A DNA stretch of 64,000 bases from an uncultured Planctomycetota bacterium (GTDB lineage: Bacteria; Planctomycetota; Planctomycetia; Isosphaerales; Isosphaeraceae), in NCBI GenBank assembly GCA_963823665.1, contig CAWGMQ010000006.1, forward strand, positions 1,440,001 through 1,504,000. Reading direction: 5' to 3'. Below the pieces are notes generated by a model, which was not told the DNA's origin, made no database searches, and saw only the letters and a list, made by a program, of their open reading frames with translations. Both the position numbers and the translations under genes were made by a program. Shown here in pieces: positions 51,627-60,536 of this stretch; within the stretch, counting starts at the first letter, position 1, and the number at the start of each line of letters is the position of its first letter.

Positions 51627-54531
51627 TTTTGCGAAAGCCTGCGTGTTCACGTATGGGTTTCAGGAATTCGTCGGCTTCTAGACGATTCGGGTGGCGCAGC
51701 CCTGCGCTTAAGGCTTTTTCAAGCACGGCCACGGCCCGATCTGCCAGACGCTGCCGCAGCGATGGAAGGCCGTCGGATTCACTGGTCGGCCCTCCGAATC
51801 CTTGATCGATCCGCCCGGCGCACCACGCGGTGCAGCGGGCAAGCTGGTAGAGGTGACCGGGATCGCGACCATCCATCCCGCAGAGGGCAGCGGCCGTCCT
51901 TGAAAAATCACTGGTGCGGCCGCCGGAGGCGAGCAGGCCGGCGTGGATGCGCAGAGCGCGATACACGGCCGGCGGCTTGCCCTCGCTTAACGCTTTCAAG
52001 TCACCCGGTATCGCCGCGATTGCCTCGCACATCGCCACTTCCTGCTGAAAGCTCGGAAGGAGCTGAGTCCGATCGCGGGGCCGCCACTCGAGCGTTCCTT
52101 CGCGGTCGAGGGCATCGAGACCTTGCAGGGCTTGCCGGAGCAGAGCCATCGCGGCGCGTATGTCTAGCCGGTCCATCGCCACGCAGCCCGCGTGGAATTG
52201 CGTCTGGTGAAGTCGTAGTCGATTGTCGATATCCTCAGGGTCAGCCCGGACGAGCTGCTCGAAGAGCTGCTGGGCCTGGCGCTCCAGCGGAGCGGCGTCC
52301 TCGAGCAGGCCGAGCCTTGACAAGGTCATCCCCTGGTCGTCGAGTGCCAGTGCCAGATGCAGCTTCACGTCGGCGTTCGTTGGCTCTGCCAGGAGCAGCT
52401 CCCGGCTCAAGTCAACGGCCTTCACGTACTCGGCCCGGGCCCCCACGTCATCGCCTGCGAGCTTCCGCATATCGGCGATCTTGCGGTGGCTGGTCGAAAG
52501 TTGGTCTCGCGCCAGCACGTTCGCGGGCTCCCTGGCAATCCAGCTCTCGGCGAGAGTTTCCATCTTGCGGAACCACGCCTCGCCGGAATCCAGGTCGCGG
52601 TCAAAACCGTAGGCGCGGCCGAGCCGGAAGTAAGCCTCCAGGAGCGAGGCTCGCGCCTGCGCCTGGTCTGGGTTGTCCATGGCCGACTTCTCGGCCAGCA
52701 GGACGGCCTGGCGGAAGTGTTCGACGGCTCCCTTGGTTCGATCGGCGTTCAGGGAAAGCTCGCCCAGCCCGGCATGTGCGCGCGCCAGGCAGTCCCTGAT
52801 CTCCGGGTCGTGCGGCCTGCCGGAAGCAAGGCGTTCCGCGAGCTGCTGCGCGAATGCAAATTGCCGATGCGCATCTTCGTTTCGGCCGACCTGGCGGAAG
52901 ATGTCTCCGAGCTTCTGGTGCGCCACCGCGCGGCCCACGTCGGGGGCCGATGCCTCGGCATCGCGCGCGACCTGCTCGAGGCCCTCGAGCGCTTTTTCGA
53001 GCAGCCCTTTTCGCGTCGCGCGGGTTGCCGGTGTCTTGCCCAATCGGTCTTGCACCCCGAAGACCAGCTCGTTGAGCGCGTTCATGGTCAAGTTGCGCTC
53101 TCTGAGCGCTGTCTTCTCAGCGGCTTGAGCCTTCTTCACCGAATCCCGCAGCAGGGCGTTGTAGTACAGCGACCCGCCGATCAGCACGAGAACGGCCGCT
53201 GCGGTCACGAGCAAGGCCATCGATAATGCCGGCCGCCGCCGTGCTCGCTTCCACAACAGCAGCCAGATCGGCGGGTCCTGGGCCAGGATCGGCTCGCCGT
53301 CGAGAAATCGGCGCAGGTCTTCGGCCAGCTCGAGCGCCGTGGCGTACCGCCGCGCCGGCTGCTTCTCGAGACATTTCAGACAGATCGTCTCGATCTCGCC
53401 CGGCAGCCCGGGCTGGATTCGCGACGGCGGCACCGGATCGGCACTCTTGACGTGCGCCAGCGTTTCAAAGGCCGTTGCCGCCCGGAACGGCGGGCGCCCG
53501 GTCAGTAGCTCGTAGAGAATCGCTCCCAGCGCGTAGACGTCCGTCCTGGGCCCGATCTTGCTCGAATCACCCTCGGCCTGTTCGGGCGCCATGTAGCTCG
53601 GTGAGCCGAGCACCGCACTCGTCTTCGTGAGCCCCCCCTCCGAGCCCAGGATCTTGGCGAGCCCGAAATCGGCGACCTTGGGCCGTTCGTTCTGATCCAG
53701 CAGCACGTTCGCCGGCTTCAGGTCCCTATGTACAATCCCGAGCTGATGCGCTTCCGCGATGGCGCGCGCCGTGACCTCGACCAGCAGCGCGCCCCAGGCT
53801 GGCGGTTTTGGCGATCCGTTCAAGCGCTGGTCGAGGCCTCCACCGGCCAGATATTCCAGCTCGAGAAACGGCAATCCCTCCACCTCCCCGACGTGGTAGA
53901 TCTGAACGATGTCCGGATGCCTGAGCCGGGCGATCGCTTCGGCCTCTGCTCGAAACCTTGCCTGCGCGACGGTGCTCGCGTGCGCGCCGGCCAGGATCAT
54001 CTTCAAGGCACACAGCCGGTTGAGCGCAACCTTTCGCGCCAGATAGACCACACCCATGCCGCCGCGGCCCAGCTCACCCAGGACTTCGTAACCCGCCGAT
54101 CGCAGCCCCTTGATCACGACCGCGTTCAGCTCAGCCGGCGCCAGACCTTCGCCGACCTTGTCGAATCTCTTGCCGTTTCCGCCGGAGACTTGACCGATGC
54201 GCAAGCGGTTTCCCAACGAGCCTGACGTCCGGCCGTTCTCGGTGAGCGACGCGAAGGTTTCGTTGATGGCTTCGAGATGCGCCGGGAATCGCTCGCGGTA
54301 TTCCGGCGCTTCCGGCCGCTCGCCCTGCGTGCGGCGCGATTCCAGATCGATCGCCAGCAGCTCGCGAAAGAGACGATCGCGCCCGGGGCCTCCAATCCCG
54401 GCGAGGAACGTGGAAGGGTCGGGGCGCTCGCCGTTGGCCCACGCGGTCTCGAACTGGCTGCAAAGGGAGTCGATCCGCTTCCATTCCTCCAGCGGCAAAC
54501 CCCCGTCGTCGTCCACGGCACGAACGGTCAT
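51535..54531 (-). CDS. Ser/Thr protein kinase with TM segment and TPR-like repeats
   Basis: LGRGGMG, HRDLKPAN, DFGLAK, YMAPEQ; TM ALSMALLVTAAAVLVLIGG; C-terminal helical repeats. Confidence 0.95.
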   Translation of the reverse strand: MTVRAVDDDGGLPLEEWKRIDSLCSQFETAWANGERPDPSTFLAGIGGPGRDRLFRELLAIDLESRRTQGERPEAPEYRERFPAHLEAINETFASLTENGRTSGSLGNRLRIGQVSGGNGKRFDKVGEGLAPAELNAVVIKGLRSAGYEVLGELGRGGMGVVYLARKVALNRLCALKMILAGAHASTVAQARFRAEAEAIARLRHPDIVQIYHVGEVEGLPFLELEYLAGGGLDQRLNGSPKPPAWGALLVEVTARAIAEAHQLGIVHRDLKPANVLLDQNERPKVADFGLAKILGSEGGLTKTSAVLGSPSYMAPEQAEGDSSKIGPRTDVYALGAILYELLTGRPPFRAATAFETLAHVKSADPVPPSRIQPGLPGEIETICLKCLEKQPARRYATALELAEDLRRFLDGEPILAQDPPIWLLLWKRARRRPALSMALLVTAAAVLVLIGGSLYYNALLRDSVKKAQAAEKTALRERNLTMNALNELVFGVQDRLGKTPATRATRKGLLEKALEGLEQVARDAEASAPDVGRAVAHQKLGDIFRQVGRNEDAHRQFAFAQQLAERLASGRPHDPEIRDCLARAHAGLGELSLNADRTKGAVEHFRQAVLLAEKSAMDNPDQAQARASLLEAYFRLGRAYGFDRDLDSGEAWFRKMETLAESWIAREPANVLARDQLSTSHRKIADMRKLAGDDVGARAEYVKAVDLSRELLLAEPTNADVKLHLALALDDQGMTLSRLGLLEDAAPLERQAQQLFEQLVRADPEDIDNRLRLHQTQFHAGCVAMDRLDIRAAMALLRQALQGLDALDREGTLEWRPRDRTQLLPSFQQEVAMCEAIAAIPGDLKALSEGKPPAVYRALRIHAGLLASGGRTSDFSRTAAALCGMDGRDPGHLYQLARCTAWCAGRIDQGFGGPTSESDGLPSLRQRLADRAVAVLEKALSAGLRHPNRLEADEFLKPIREHAGFRKISESARTAHSGSGTSPNRDGRSATTQTQKP

Positions 54532-55133
54532 GGGGAAAGCTCTTCCTGCCAGATAAGCCGGATGAGGATCAGCTTGCGATCGACCGTGCGGACCGACGTG
54601 CCAAGCTCCGCGGCGACTTCTTCACGGCTGTGGCCCTCGAGCCTCCGCAGGGCAACCGTTTTGAGTGTGGCATCCTCCAGCTTGTTCAGCAGACGCTCGT
54701 AGTCCTCGGCGAACTGCGCGGCGACTTCGGGTGTCGGCTCACTCGAGAGCACTCGCGTCATCCCCGCGTCAATCTCGTCGTCACCGGCCAGTGCCGACTG
54801 GCTCATCACCGCGCCTCCGCCTCGCTTCAGCCGCGACTGGTGCCGCACGGTCTCGGCAACCTTGCGGACGGTGATGGTGACCAAAATGCGCCAGAGGTCA
54901 TCACGATCCACGAGCTGCGGAAACTGCCCGCGTCCCACCCGATCGCAGAAGCTATGGAACGCGGAAAGCGCGACATCCTCCTCATCCGTCACGCGCCGGG
55001 CATGCCCGGGCAGCCGCGCACTGGCCAGGTTCACCAGCCGCTGGAAGTATCTATCCCACAATCGCTGGACATCTGCGTCATTCCCTTCACGCAGCCCGTC
55101 GAGCCACCGCGAAACCGAGTTCTCACCCGCCAT
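54528..55133 (-). CDS. ECF-type sigma factor, kinase-associated (translationally coupled to the kinase)
   Basis: SVSRWL..L..G, LWDRYF..LV.LA, DEEDVALSAF.SF, DRDDLWRILVTIT, KRGGG, RTVDRKL..IR; ATGA overlap. Confidence 0.93.
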   Translation of the reverse strand: MAGENSVSRWLDGLREGNDADVQRLWDRYFQRLVNLASARLPGHARRVTDEEDVALSAFHSFCDRVGRGQFPQLVDRDDLWRILVTITVRKVAETVRHQSRLKRGGGAVMSQSALAGDDEIDAGMTRVLSSEPTPEVAAQFAEDYERLLNKLEDATLKTVALRRLEGHSREEVAAELGTSVRTVDRKLILIRLIWQEELSP

Positions 55134-55279
55134 CTGGGTGCTCCAATGGGAGTTCTCATGACGAATTCGTCTATCATAGATGCCGTTCTCTGACATGTCA
55201 CGGGCCGAGCCACGGTTCTGGGTGCGGATGTTCCCTCCGCCCCCGCACTCAGCATTAGCTGCAGCCATCCACCAGCGGC

Positions 55280-57382
55280 TTACCCGATCACGCAGTCCGG
55301 GCAGAGATAGGCCAGACTTCCGAAATTGTCACTCGGTGGTGCAACTTTGATTTGCGAGAACGGGGTCGGTACTGCGCACTGGGTACATTCGATTTCCAGG
55401 GTTGGGAGCCGCAAATGCATTCCCAGACCCGCGGGGAGAATCGCCGCGACTCCGGATTGCTCCCGTAGTCCTTTCACAAGCGCGATGCGCAAATCGGTGA
55501 AACCCGCCCAAAATTCCCCGATCAGCGCCAGCTTCGGTTTGCACTCAGTCAACAGGCGTGCCGTGCCGCGATAACCCAGGTGCACGTCCTTGAGCTTCGA
55601 CGCATCCTGCAGCTCCTCGATGCTGGGCTGGCTGATGTGCGCGATCAGCACATCGCAGCCACTCAGGTGCTTGTGCAGGTCTTCGAAGTAGGCTGTGTCC
55701 GCGGTGTAGCCGATTCGCACGGCGGCGTTGCCTTTTTCATCGAGCAACTCGACGACCATACCCATCGCGTGCGGTACGTCGTTGCCGTGCATTACCTTGA
55801 AGGGAGTGATGCACAATGGAATCCCTGAAGGGTGGCCCAGCAGGTTGATCGGATGTGGGAAACCGGAACTCAAAACGATCGGCTCATACTGGTGGGCCGG
55901 CTTGCCAAATCCAAAATCCGTTGCCCCATTCGTATCTTGATCCCAGAGGAGGACATAAGGCTGACCGCCTGGTTCCTTGGTCTGCTTCAGTCTTTTCCAG
56001 AGCTCGTAACGGAGGTCGTCGATCGGCTTCACGTCGCTATTGTGATCGGGATGATTGTGGCTCACGACAACCGCGCGGATTTCGCGGCCATGGTACTGGG
56101 CGTCATGGAAGTTGCGCAGAAAATCAAAGCCAGGATCGATCACGATCCCATGACCGCGCCATTTGAGGAAATAGCCTCCACCGCGCCATCGCCTCTCGGA
56201 TCCTTCGAGCAGCGTCACTGCGCTGCTCCATCCGCGAAGGATGCTCAGCGTATCCACGCGCGGAGAGTTGGGCCTGGCAAGATACTTCTCGTACTGGGTA
56301 TCGCCGGCGTTTCGGATCGCCGCGATGACCTGGTTCTCAATCTCCTCTGTCGCCGAGACGGAAATGTCGCGTGCGGCCATGGCGCGATCATCTGGCGACA
56401 GTGCTTCCGTTTTAATCTGGGAGTTCAGAAGCACTAACTCAAATCGAGCCCGGGCGTGGTCGCCACCCTGGGGATCGGGAATCTTGAGCGATTCCTCGAA
56501 TGCGTTCGCCGCGAGCTCCTTGTTTCCGATTTCGGTATAAGATTGGCCGAGATTAACCCATGCTCTTGCTAGCTCGTCAAACTTGGGGTCGTCAATGGCC
56601 TTGCGGTAGGCCTCAATGGCTTGTTCGTGCTCGCCCTTCGCGGCGAGCGCGACACCCAGGCTGTTCCATACGCGCCCGGGCGCGACGTCTCTCGGGAGTT
56701 CAAGCGCTTTGCGATAAGCTGCGATCGCTTCATCGTCGTCGCCCTTGTCGGCAAGGGCAATGCCAAGGTTGTACCAAGCGTCTCCAGGGGTTTCGAGATT
56801 CGGCTCCGCGAGCGCCTTGCGATAGGCCGCAACGGCTTCGTCCTGCTCGCCGCTATCGGCCAGCACGATGCCGAGGTTATACCAGGCGATGCCACGCCGG
56901 TCGTATTCCGGGTCCGCGAGCGCCTTGCGATAGGCCTCGATCGCCTCATTGTACTCGCCCTTGGCGTAAAGGGCCGTGCCAAGGATGTCCCACACGTATC
57001 CGGAAGTATCGAAGTCAGGGTCTTCAAGAGTCTGGAGATATTCTTTGATCGCTTCATCGCACTTGCCGTTCTCGAAGAGCGCATCGCCTCGGACGAGGTG
57101 AAAAAGCGCGTGCCAGCGACGCGGGACTGACTTCTCACACGCCGCGAGTACCATCAGAGCGTCATCACTCCGACCGGCGAAACTCAGAATGCTTGCTTCG
57201 AGAAGAGACTTGGCCCATGGCCACCCCTTCGCGCTGGCAAATGTGAACGCGGATTTCAGTCCCGGCTTGCTGGCATTAGCATCTTTTCCGAGTCCACGGG
57301 CCGCATTTCGGGCTTGCCAGAAAAGCGCTAAGAACCTGGCTTCGATGTCTGGCGCCCTTGATTTGGATCGCTTTGCGGCCAT
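55280..57382 (-). CDS. TPR-repeat protein fused to a metallo-beta-lactamase-fold hydrolase and a C-terminal Zn ribbon
   Basis: About six TPRs at 36-aa period (AWYNLG..L...G...EA..AYRKAL); IVIDPG, SHNHPDH, VMHG, YTADT; CTQC-x20-CPDC. Confidence 0.88.
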   Translation of the reverse strand: MAAKRSKSRAPDIEARFLALFWQARNAARGLGKDANASKPGLKSAFTFASAKGWPWAKSLLEASILSFAGRSDDALMVLAACEKSVPRRWHALFHLVRGDALFENGKCDEAIKEYLQTLEDPDFDTSGYVWDILGTALYAKGEYNEAIEAYRKALADPEYDRRGIAWYNLGIVLADSGEQDEAVAAYRKALAEPNLETPGDAWYNLGIALADKGDDDEAIAAYRKALELPRDVAPGRVWNSLGVALAAKGEHEQAIEAYRKAIDDPKFDELARAWVNLGQSYTEIGNKELAANAFEESLKIPDPQGGDHARARFELVLLNSQIKTEALSPDDRAMAARDISVSATEEIENQVIAAIRNAGDTQYEKYLARPNSPRVDTLSILRGWSSAVTLLEGSERRWRGGGYFLKWRGHGIVIDPGFDFLRNFHDAQYHGREIRAVVVSHNHPDHNSDVKPIDDLRYELWKRLKQTKEPGGQPYVLLWDQDTNGATDFGFGKPAHQYEPIVLSSGFPHPINLLGHPSGIPLCITPFKVMHGNDVPHAMGMVVELLDEKGNAAVRIGYTADTAYFEDLHKHLSGCDVLIAHISQPSIEELQDASKLKDVHLGYRGTARLLTECKPKLALIGEFWAGFTDLRIALVKGLREQSGVAAILPAGLGMHLRLPTLEIECTQCAVPTPFSQIKVAPPSDNFGSLAYLCPDCVIG

Positions 57383-57658
57383 TGGTCAACTCGCGGCAGT
57401 CGGCTCCCTCGCGAGCACTCGCGTCATGCTCGCGTCGATTTCGTCGTCGCCCGCCACCTATGATAGAACGCTCGCCACGTCATGTCACTCACCGACCCGG
57501 GCTAACTGAGCGAGCCTGGCGGCAGAATCGGCCACCCCATGACAGAGAGCAATGGGCCCAGGCCGCTTTCCGCGATGCGGCCACGCCAGTGGCTCTACCG
57601 AATTCGCCATTGCAGGCCGTCTGCGTTCCGATTCATAATCCGCTGAAGTGGCACGCCC

Positions 57659-58063
57659 ATGCGATTGAAGCTGCGAACGGCCGTCGTCGGGCTTGCGGTG
57701 GTTACGATTATGTTCCGGCCCGTCGAGCTCGCCCGGCGCTCGAGCGCTTACCATCATAGAGCGCGGCAGCACTGGTACGCGCTGGAAACAGACGAAGGCC
57801 GAGAATGCACTTGCATGAACCCTTTGTTTGAGTGGTGCCGGCTGAACAACTCGAGCGCGAACTGTGATTTCTCACTTTCGCTGGACGAGGAATTCACCGC
57901 CTGCCTTCGCTGGCAACGAGGATCAACCCCGTCGATCTACCTCAAGCCGCTCGATCCCGACAAGCCCGTCCGCCTGCAATATCACCACCGCATGTACCAC
58001 AAATGGAAGCGCGCCGCAGCACGCCCGTGGTGGTCCGTCGAGCCCGACCAAACTCCAGAGTAG
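57659..58063 (+). CDS. Small planctomycete hypothetical protein
   Basis: MRLKLRT-hydrophobic N-terminus and YHxxMxxKWxRAAxxPWxxVEPD C-terminus, a pattern I recall from Isosphaeraceae paralog families. Confidence 0.7.
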   Translation: MRLKLRTAVVGLAVVTIMFRPVELARRSSAYHHRARQHWYALETDEGRECTCMNPLFEWCRLNNSSANCDFSLSLDEEFTACLRWQRGSTPSIYLKPLDPDKPVRLQYHHRMYHKWKRAAARPWWSVEPDQTPE

Positions 58064-58110
58064 GTCAGGCTTTCAGCCTGGCGCATTGAGCAGGTCAGGC
58101 TTTCAGCCCG
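58058..58110 (+). repeat. Tandem GTAG-type REP pair (30-bp period)
   Basis: GAGTAGGTCAGGCTTTCAGCCTG and GAGCAGGTCAGGCTTTCAGCCCG; the first copy supplies the TAG stop of the upstream gene. Confidence 0.75.
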
Positions 58111-58151
58111 TCGCCCGATGCGCGGCCGCCGTTCGACGGCTCGCACAACTA

Positions 58152-58646
58152 TCAAACCCCCTCCCGACACCAGTAAATCAAGTCCGTGACCGCTGGCGTG
58201 CCACCGGTGGCGCGAACCAGCATCGCGATTTGGCCGCGATGATACGACGAGTGCCCGAATAACTGGGCCAGAACCTCCTCGACCCGGTTCCGGAACCGGC
58301 CCGCGTCCAGGCTCTGGTACTCGAATTCCCTGTCCAGCGCCGCGTCATCCAGAGTCGCGAGATAATCCGACCACAACGCCTGCACATCCCGCCATTCCGC
58401 GGCGACTCGGGCGACGTCCGGATCATCGGGAAACATCGCCCCAGCCGCGGCCGGTACGACCCCCAGCCGCGAAAGCCAGTTCCGCCGCGCGGCGACGATA
58501 TGCGCCATCAGGCTGACAGCCCGCCGGAACTCGGGACTGGTCCTTCCTGCCGGTGGCACCGTCTCGAACGACGAAAACACCTTTGCGTGGGCATCTTTCT
58601 CATACTCGAACCAGCGACGGAAGCGGTTGATGAGTTCTGCGGCCAC
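58152..58646 (-). CDS. DinB/YfiT-like four-helix protein
   Basis: MAHIVAA..NWL.RL and HSSYHRGQIA motifs. Confidence 0.9.
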   Translation of the reverse strand: MAAELINRFRRWFEYEKDAHAKVFSSFETVPPAGRTSPEFRRAVSLMAHIVAARRNWLSRLGVVPAAAGAMFPDDPDVARVAAEWRDVQALWSDYLATLDDAALDREFEYQSLDAGRFRNRVEEVLAQLFGHSSYHRGQIAMLVRATGGTPAVTDLIYWCREGV

Positions 58647-58676
58647 GATTGATCTCCAGTGAGGCGATCGACGAAT

Positions 58677-59729
58677 TCACTCGACGACATCCACAACCTT
58701 CCCATCGCGATCCGTGATCTCGGTCCGCAGCACTTGCAAAACCAGGTTCTTCACCCCCGGCACGGGGTGCAACCCGGCATGAGGCCGAAGCGATTTCGCC
58801 AGCGCGACGGCATCCTCATCTCGCAACGTGATGATCAGGGCCTCTTCGACATGCTTCAACCCGGGCTCGTTGCCGGGCTTGAACACGACCGTCGCATCCG
58901 GGCCGTTCAGCGTGAGCTCGCGGCCGAACGGCAGCCGGCCCAGCAGCCGCCGGGAGAGGCCCTCCACCGCGATCGATTGCACTCGCACGTACACTGGTTT
59001 GCTTTGCGCGTCGCACTCGAGCACCAGGTTCAGCCAGCCGCACGACGAGCCTTCCTCCACCGTTCGCTGTGCGACGGCTTGCGCAAAAGCCGGGTCCGAT
59101 AGCCACGAAGCTCGCGAAAGGTCGGTGAGCAGCAACCGTTCGTCACGAGCACGAAGGTCCAGGAACGCCTCGGCATTCCACGATGAGATTGCCTCCAGCT
59201 CGTTCATCGTCAGGCCGACGATCTGCAAGAATTCGACGCGCCCATTGGGTGTCTCGATCGGCGGCAACTGCGGGTCCAGAGCGAAGCTGATCGCATGAAT
59301 GAGCGTCGAAGATTCCGCCTCGATCGGGCCGTTCAACGGCAATGTATGGCCCACGCCGAACGGGTTGCGCGTCTCGAATACGTACCGCCCCACGTTTTGC
59401 AGGAAGTTGAGCGCCCAGTTCGGCGGTCGCTTGGCCGTGGCCGTGCACGTGGGGCGAAACGTGAGCTCGAAGCCGAAGCCGCTGACCTCGGGGTCACTCC
59501 ATTCCTTGGCCCAGAGCTCGCTGAATCCATACGTGACGAAGTGCCAGTGCGGCACCGGCTCCAGATTCTTGTAGACACTGATGCCGTGGATCGGATCGGG
59601 CCCGCCGAGCGCATAAGGAACGACCGTGCCGACATGGAGCGGCTCGCGATCACCGTAGATCGGCTCGAGCGCCCTATCGATCGCGTCCCAGCCGGGGGCG
59701 TTGTGAGTGTTCTCAGCCTCGTCGGTCAT
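58677..59729 (-). CDS. Suppressor-of-fused (SUFU) domain protein with C-terminal extension
   Basis: APGWDAID, LGGPDP, HWHFVTYGFSEL, SGFGFELTFR, TPNGRVEFLQIVG, LLTDL.R, LLGRLPFGR. Confidence 0.92.
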   Translation of the reverse strand: MTDEAENTHNAPGWDAIDRALEPIYGDREPLHVGTVVPYALGGPDPIHGISVYKNLEPVPHWHFVTYGFSELWAKEWSDPEVSGFGFELTFRPTCTATAKRPPNWALNFLQNVGRYVFETRNPFGVGHTLPLNGPIEAESSTLIHAISFALDPQLPPIETPNGRVEFLQIVGLTMNELEAISSWNAEAFLDLRARDERLLLTDLSRASWLSDPAFAQAVAQRTVEEGSSCGWLNLVLECDAQSKPVYVRVQSIAVEGLSRRLLGRLPFGRELTLNGPDATVVFKPGNEPGLKHVEEALIITLRDEDAVALAKSLRPHAGLHPVPGVKNLVLQVLRTEITDRDGKVVDVVE

Positions 59730-59746
59730 GACATGTCCGCCGTCGA

Positions 59747-60277
59747 CTAACCCTCCTGCCCCACCAGCCAGAGCGGGCAGTCGCGGCGCATTGCTTCATT
59801 CGCGGCCAGGGCTACTCGGGCGAAGGTCATCACCTCCGGCGGCTCGGCCACCGGGCCGTCGTCCGGGTCTGTGGCCACGCGCAAGAGCTCGTGCAGGCCG
59901 TCGTCGTCGACTGGCAGCTCCCAGGCCTCGGCGAGGTCGGCCAGCTCGTGACGAAGGCCCAGCAAGCTGGCGCACCTCAGTGTTCCGCCCGCGGAGAGCG
60001 GAAACGAGATTGCTTGAAGCTGTGCGGGCAAATACACGCCCCGCCCGTCGAGCCCGAGCGCGGTCAGGTTGGGAATGGCCTCGCCTCCGAGTGTTTCGAT
60101 CGCCCGGCGCTGGAGCTCTGACCAGCCCGAATCCGCTTGCTCCCCATAGTGGAGAGGCGGCGAGCCCTCCCATTCGCCCTCGGCGCCGAATGCATTGTCG
60201 AGAACATCGGCGACTTCGTCAGCGAAGCTTCCATCAAATGTGCCGCGAGCGCCCCCAACCGTGAATGTAAGAACCAT
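59747..60277 (-). CDS. Hypothetical acidic protein
   Basis: GC3-rich ORF, 17 nt upstream of the SUFU gene on the same strand. Confidence 0.7.
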   Translation of the reverse strand: MVLTFTVGGARGTFDGSFADEVADVLDNAFGAEGEWEGSPPLHYGEQADSGWSELQRRAIETLGGEAIPNLTALGLDGRGVYLPAQLQAISFPLSAGGTLRCASLLGLRHELADLAEAWELPVDDDGLHELLRVATDPDDGPVAEPPEVMTFARVALAANEAMRRDCPLWLVGQEG

Positions 60278-60536
60278 GACGCGCCCCTGTTCCAAAGGGA
60301 TAGAGAAACCCTTGCACGAAAGGTTTTCGAGGCGCCCGCCCTGGCTGCAAACCCGCCGGAGCTCCCCGGCCTCCTCCTGGCGATCCGTTCGACATGGCCC
60401 TAGGAACTGATCGTGAGGGAACGTATCCTGGTTTCCGCTTCAAACGACGCTTCGCTCCCGCCCGCGGTTAGTTCCAGCGCTAAGAGTCTGTTCCCAACGA
60501 TGCCTTCCTGTCAAGCGGCTTGTGCTGTTGAAAGGT

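Noticed and set aside
55280..57382. Antibiotic-degrading metallo-beta-lactamase
   Set aside because: Cytoplasmic, TPR-fused, and the motif spacing fits RNase Z/PhnP-like hydrolases rather than class B lactamases
58152..58646. DNA polymerase IV (dinB)
   Set aside because: This is the small DinB/YfiT four-helix family, unrelated to the polymerase
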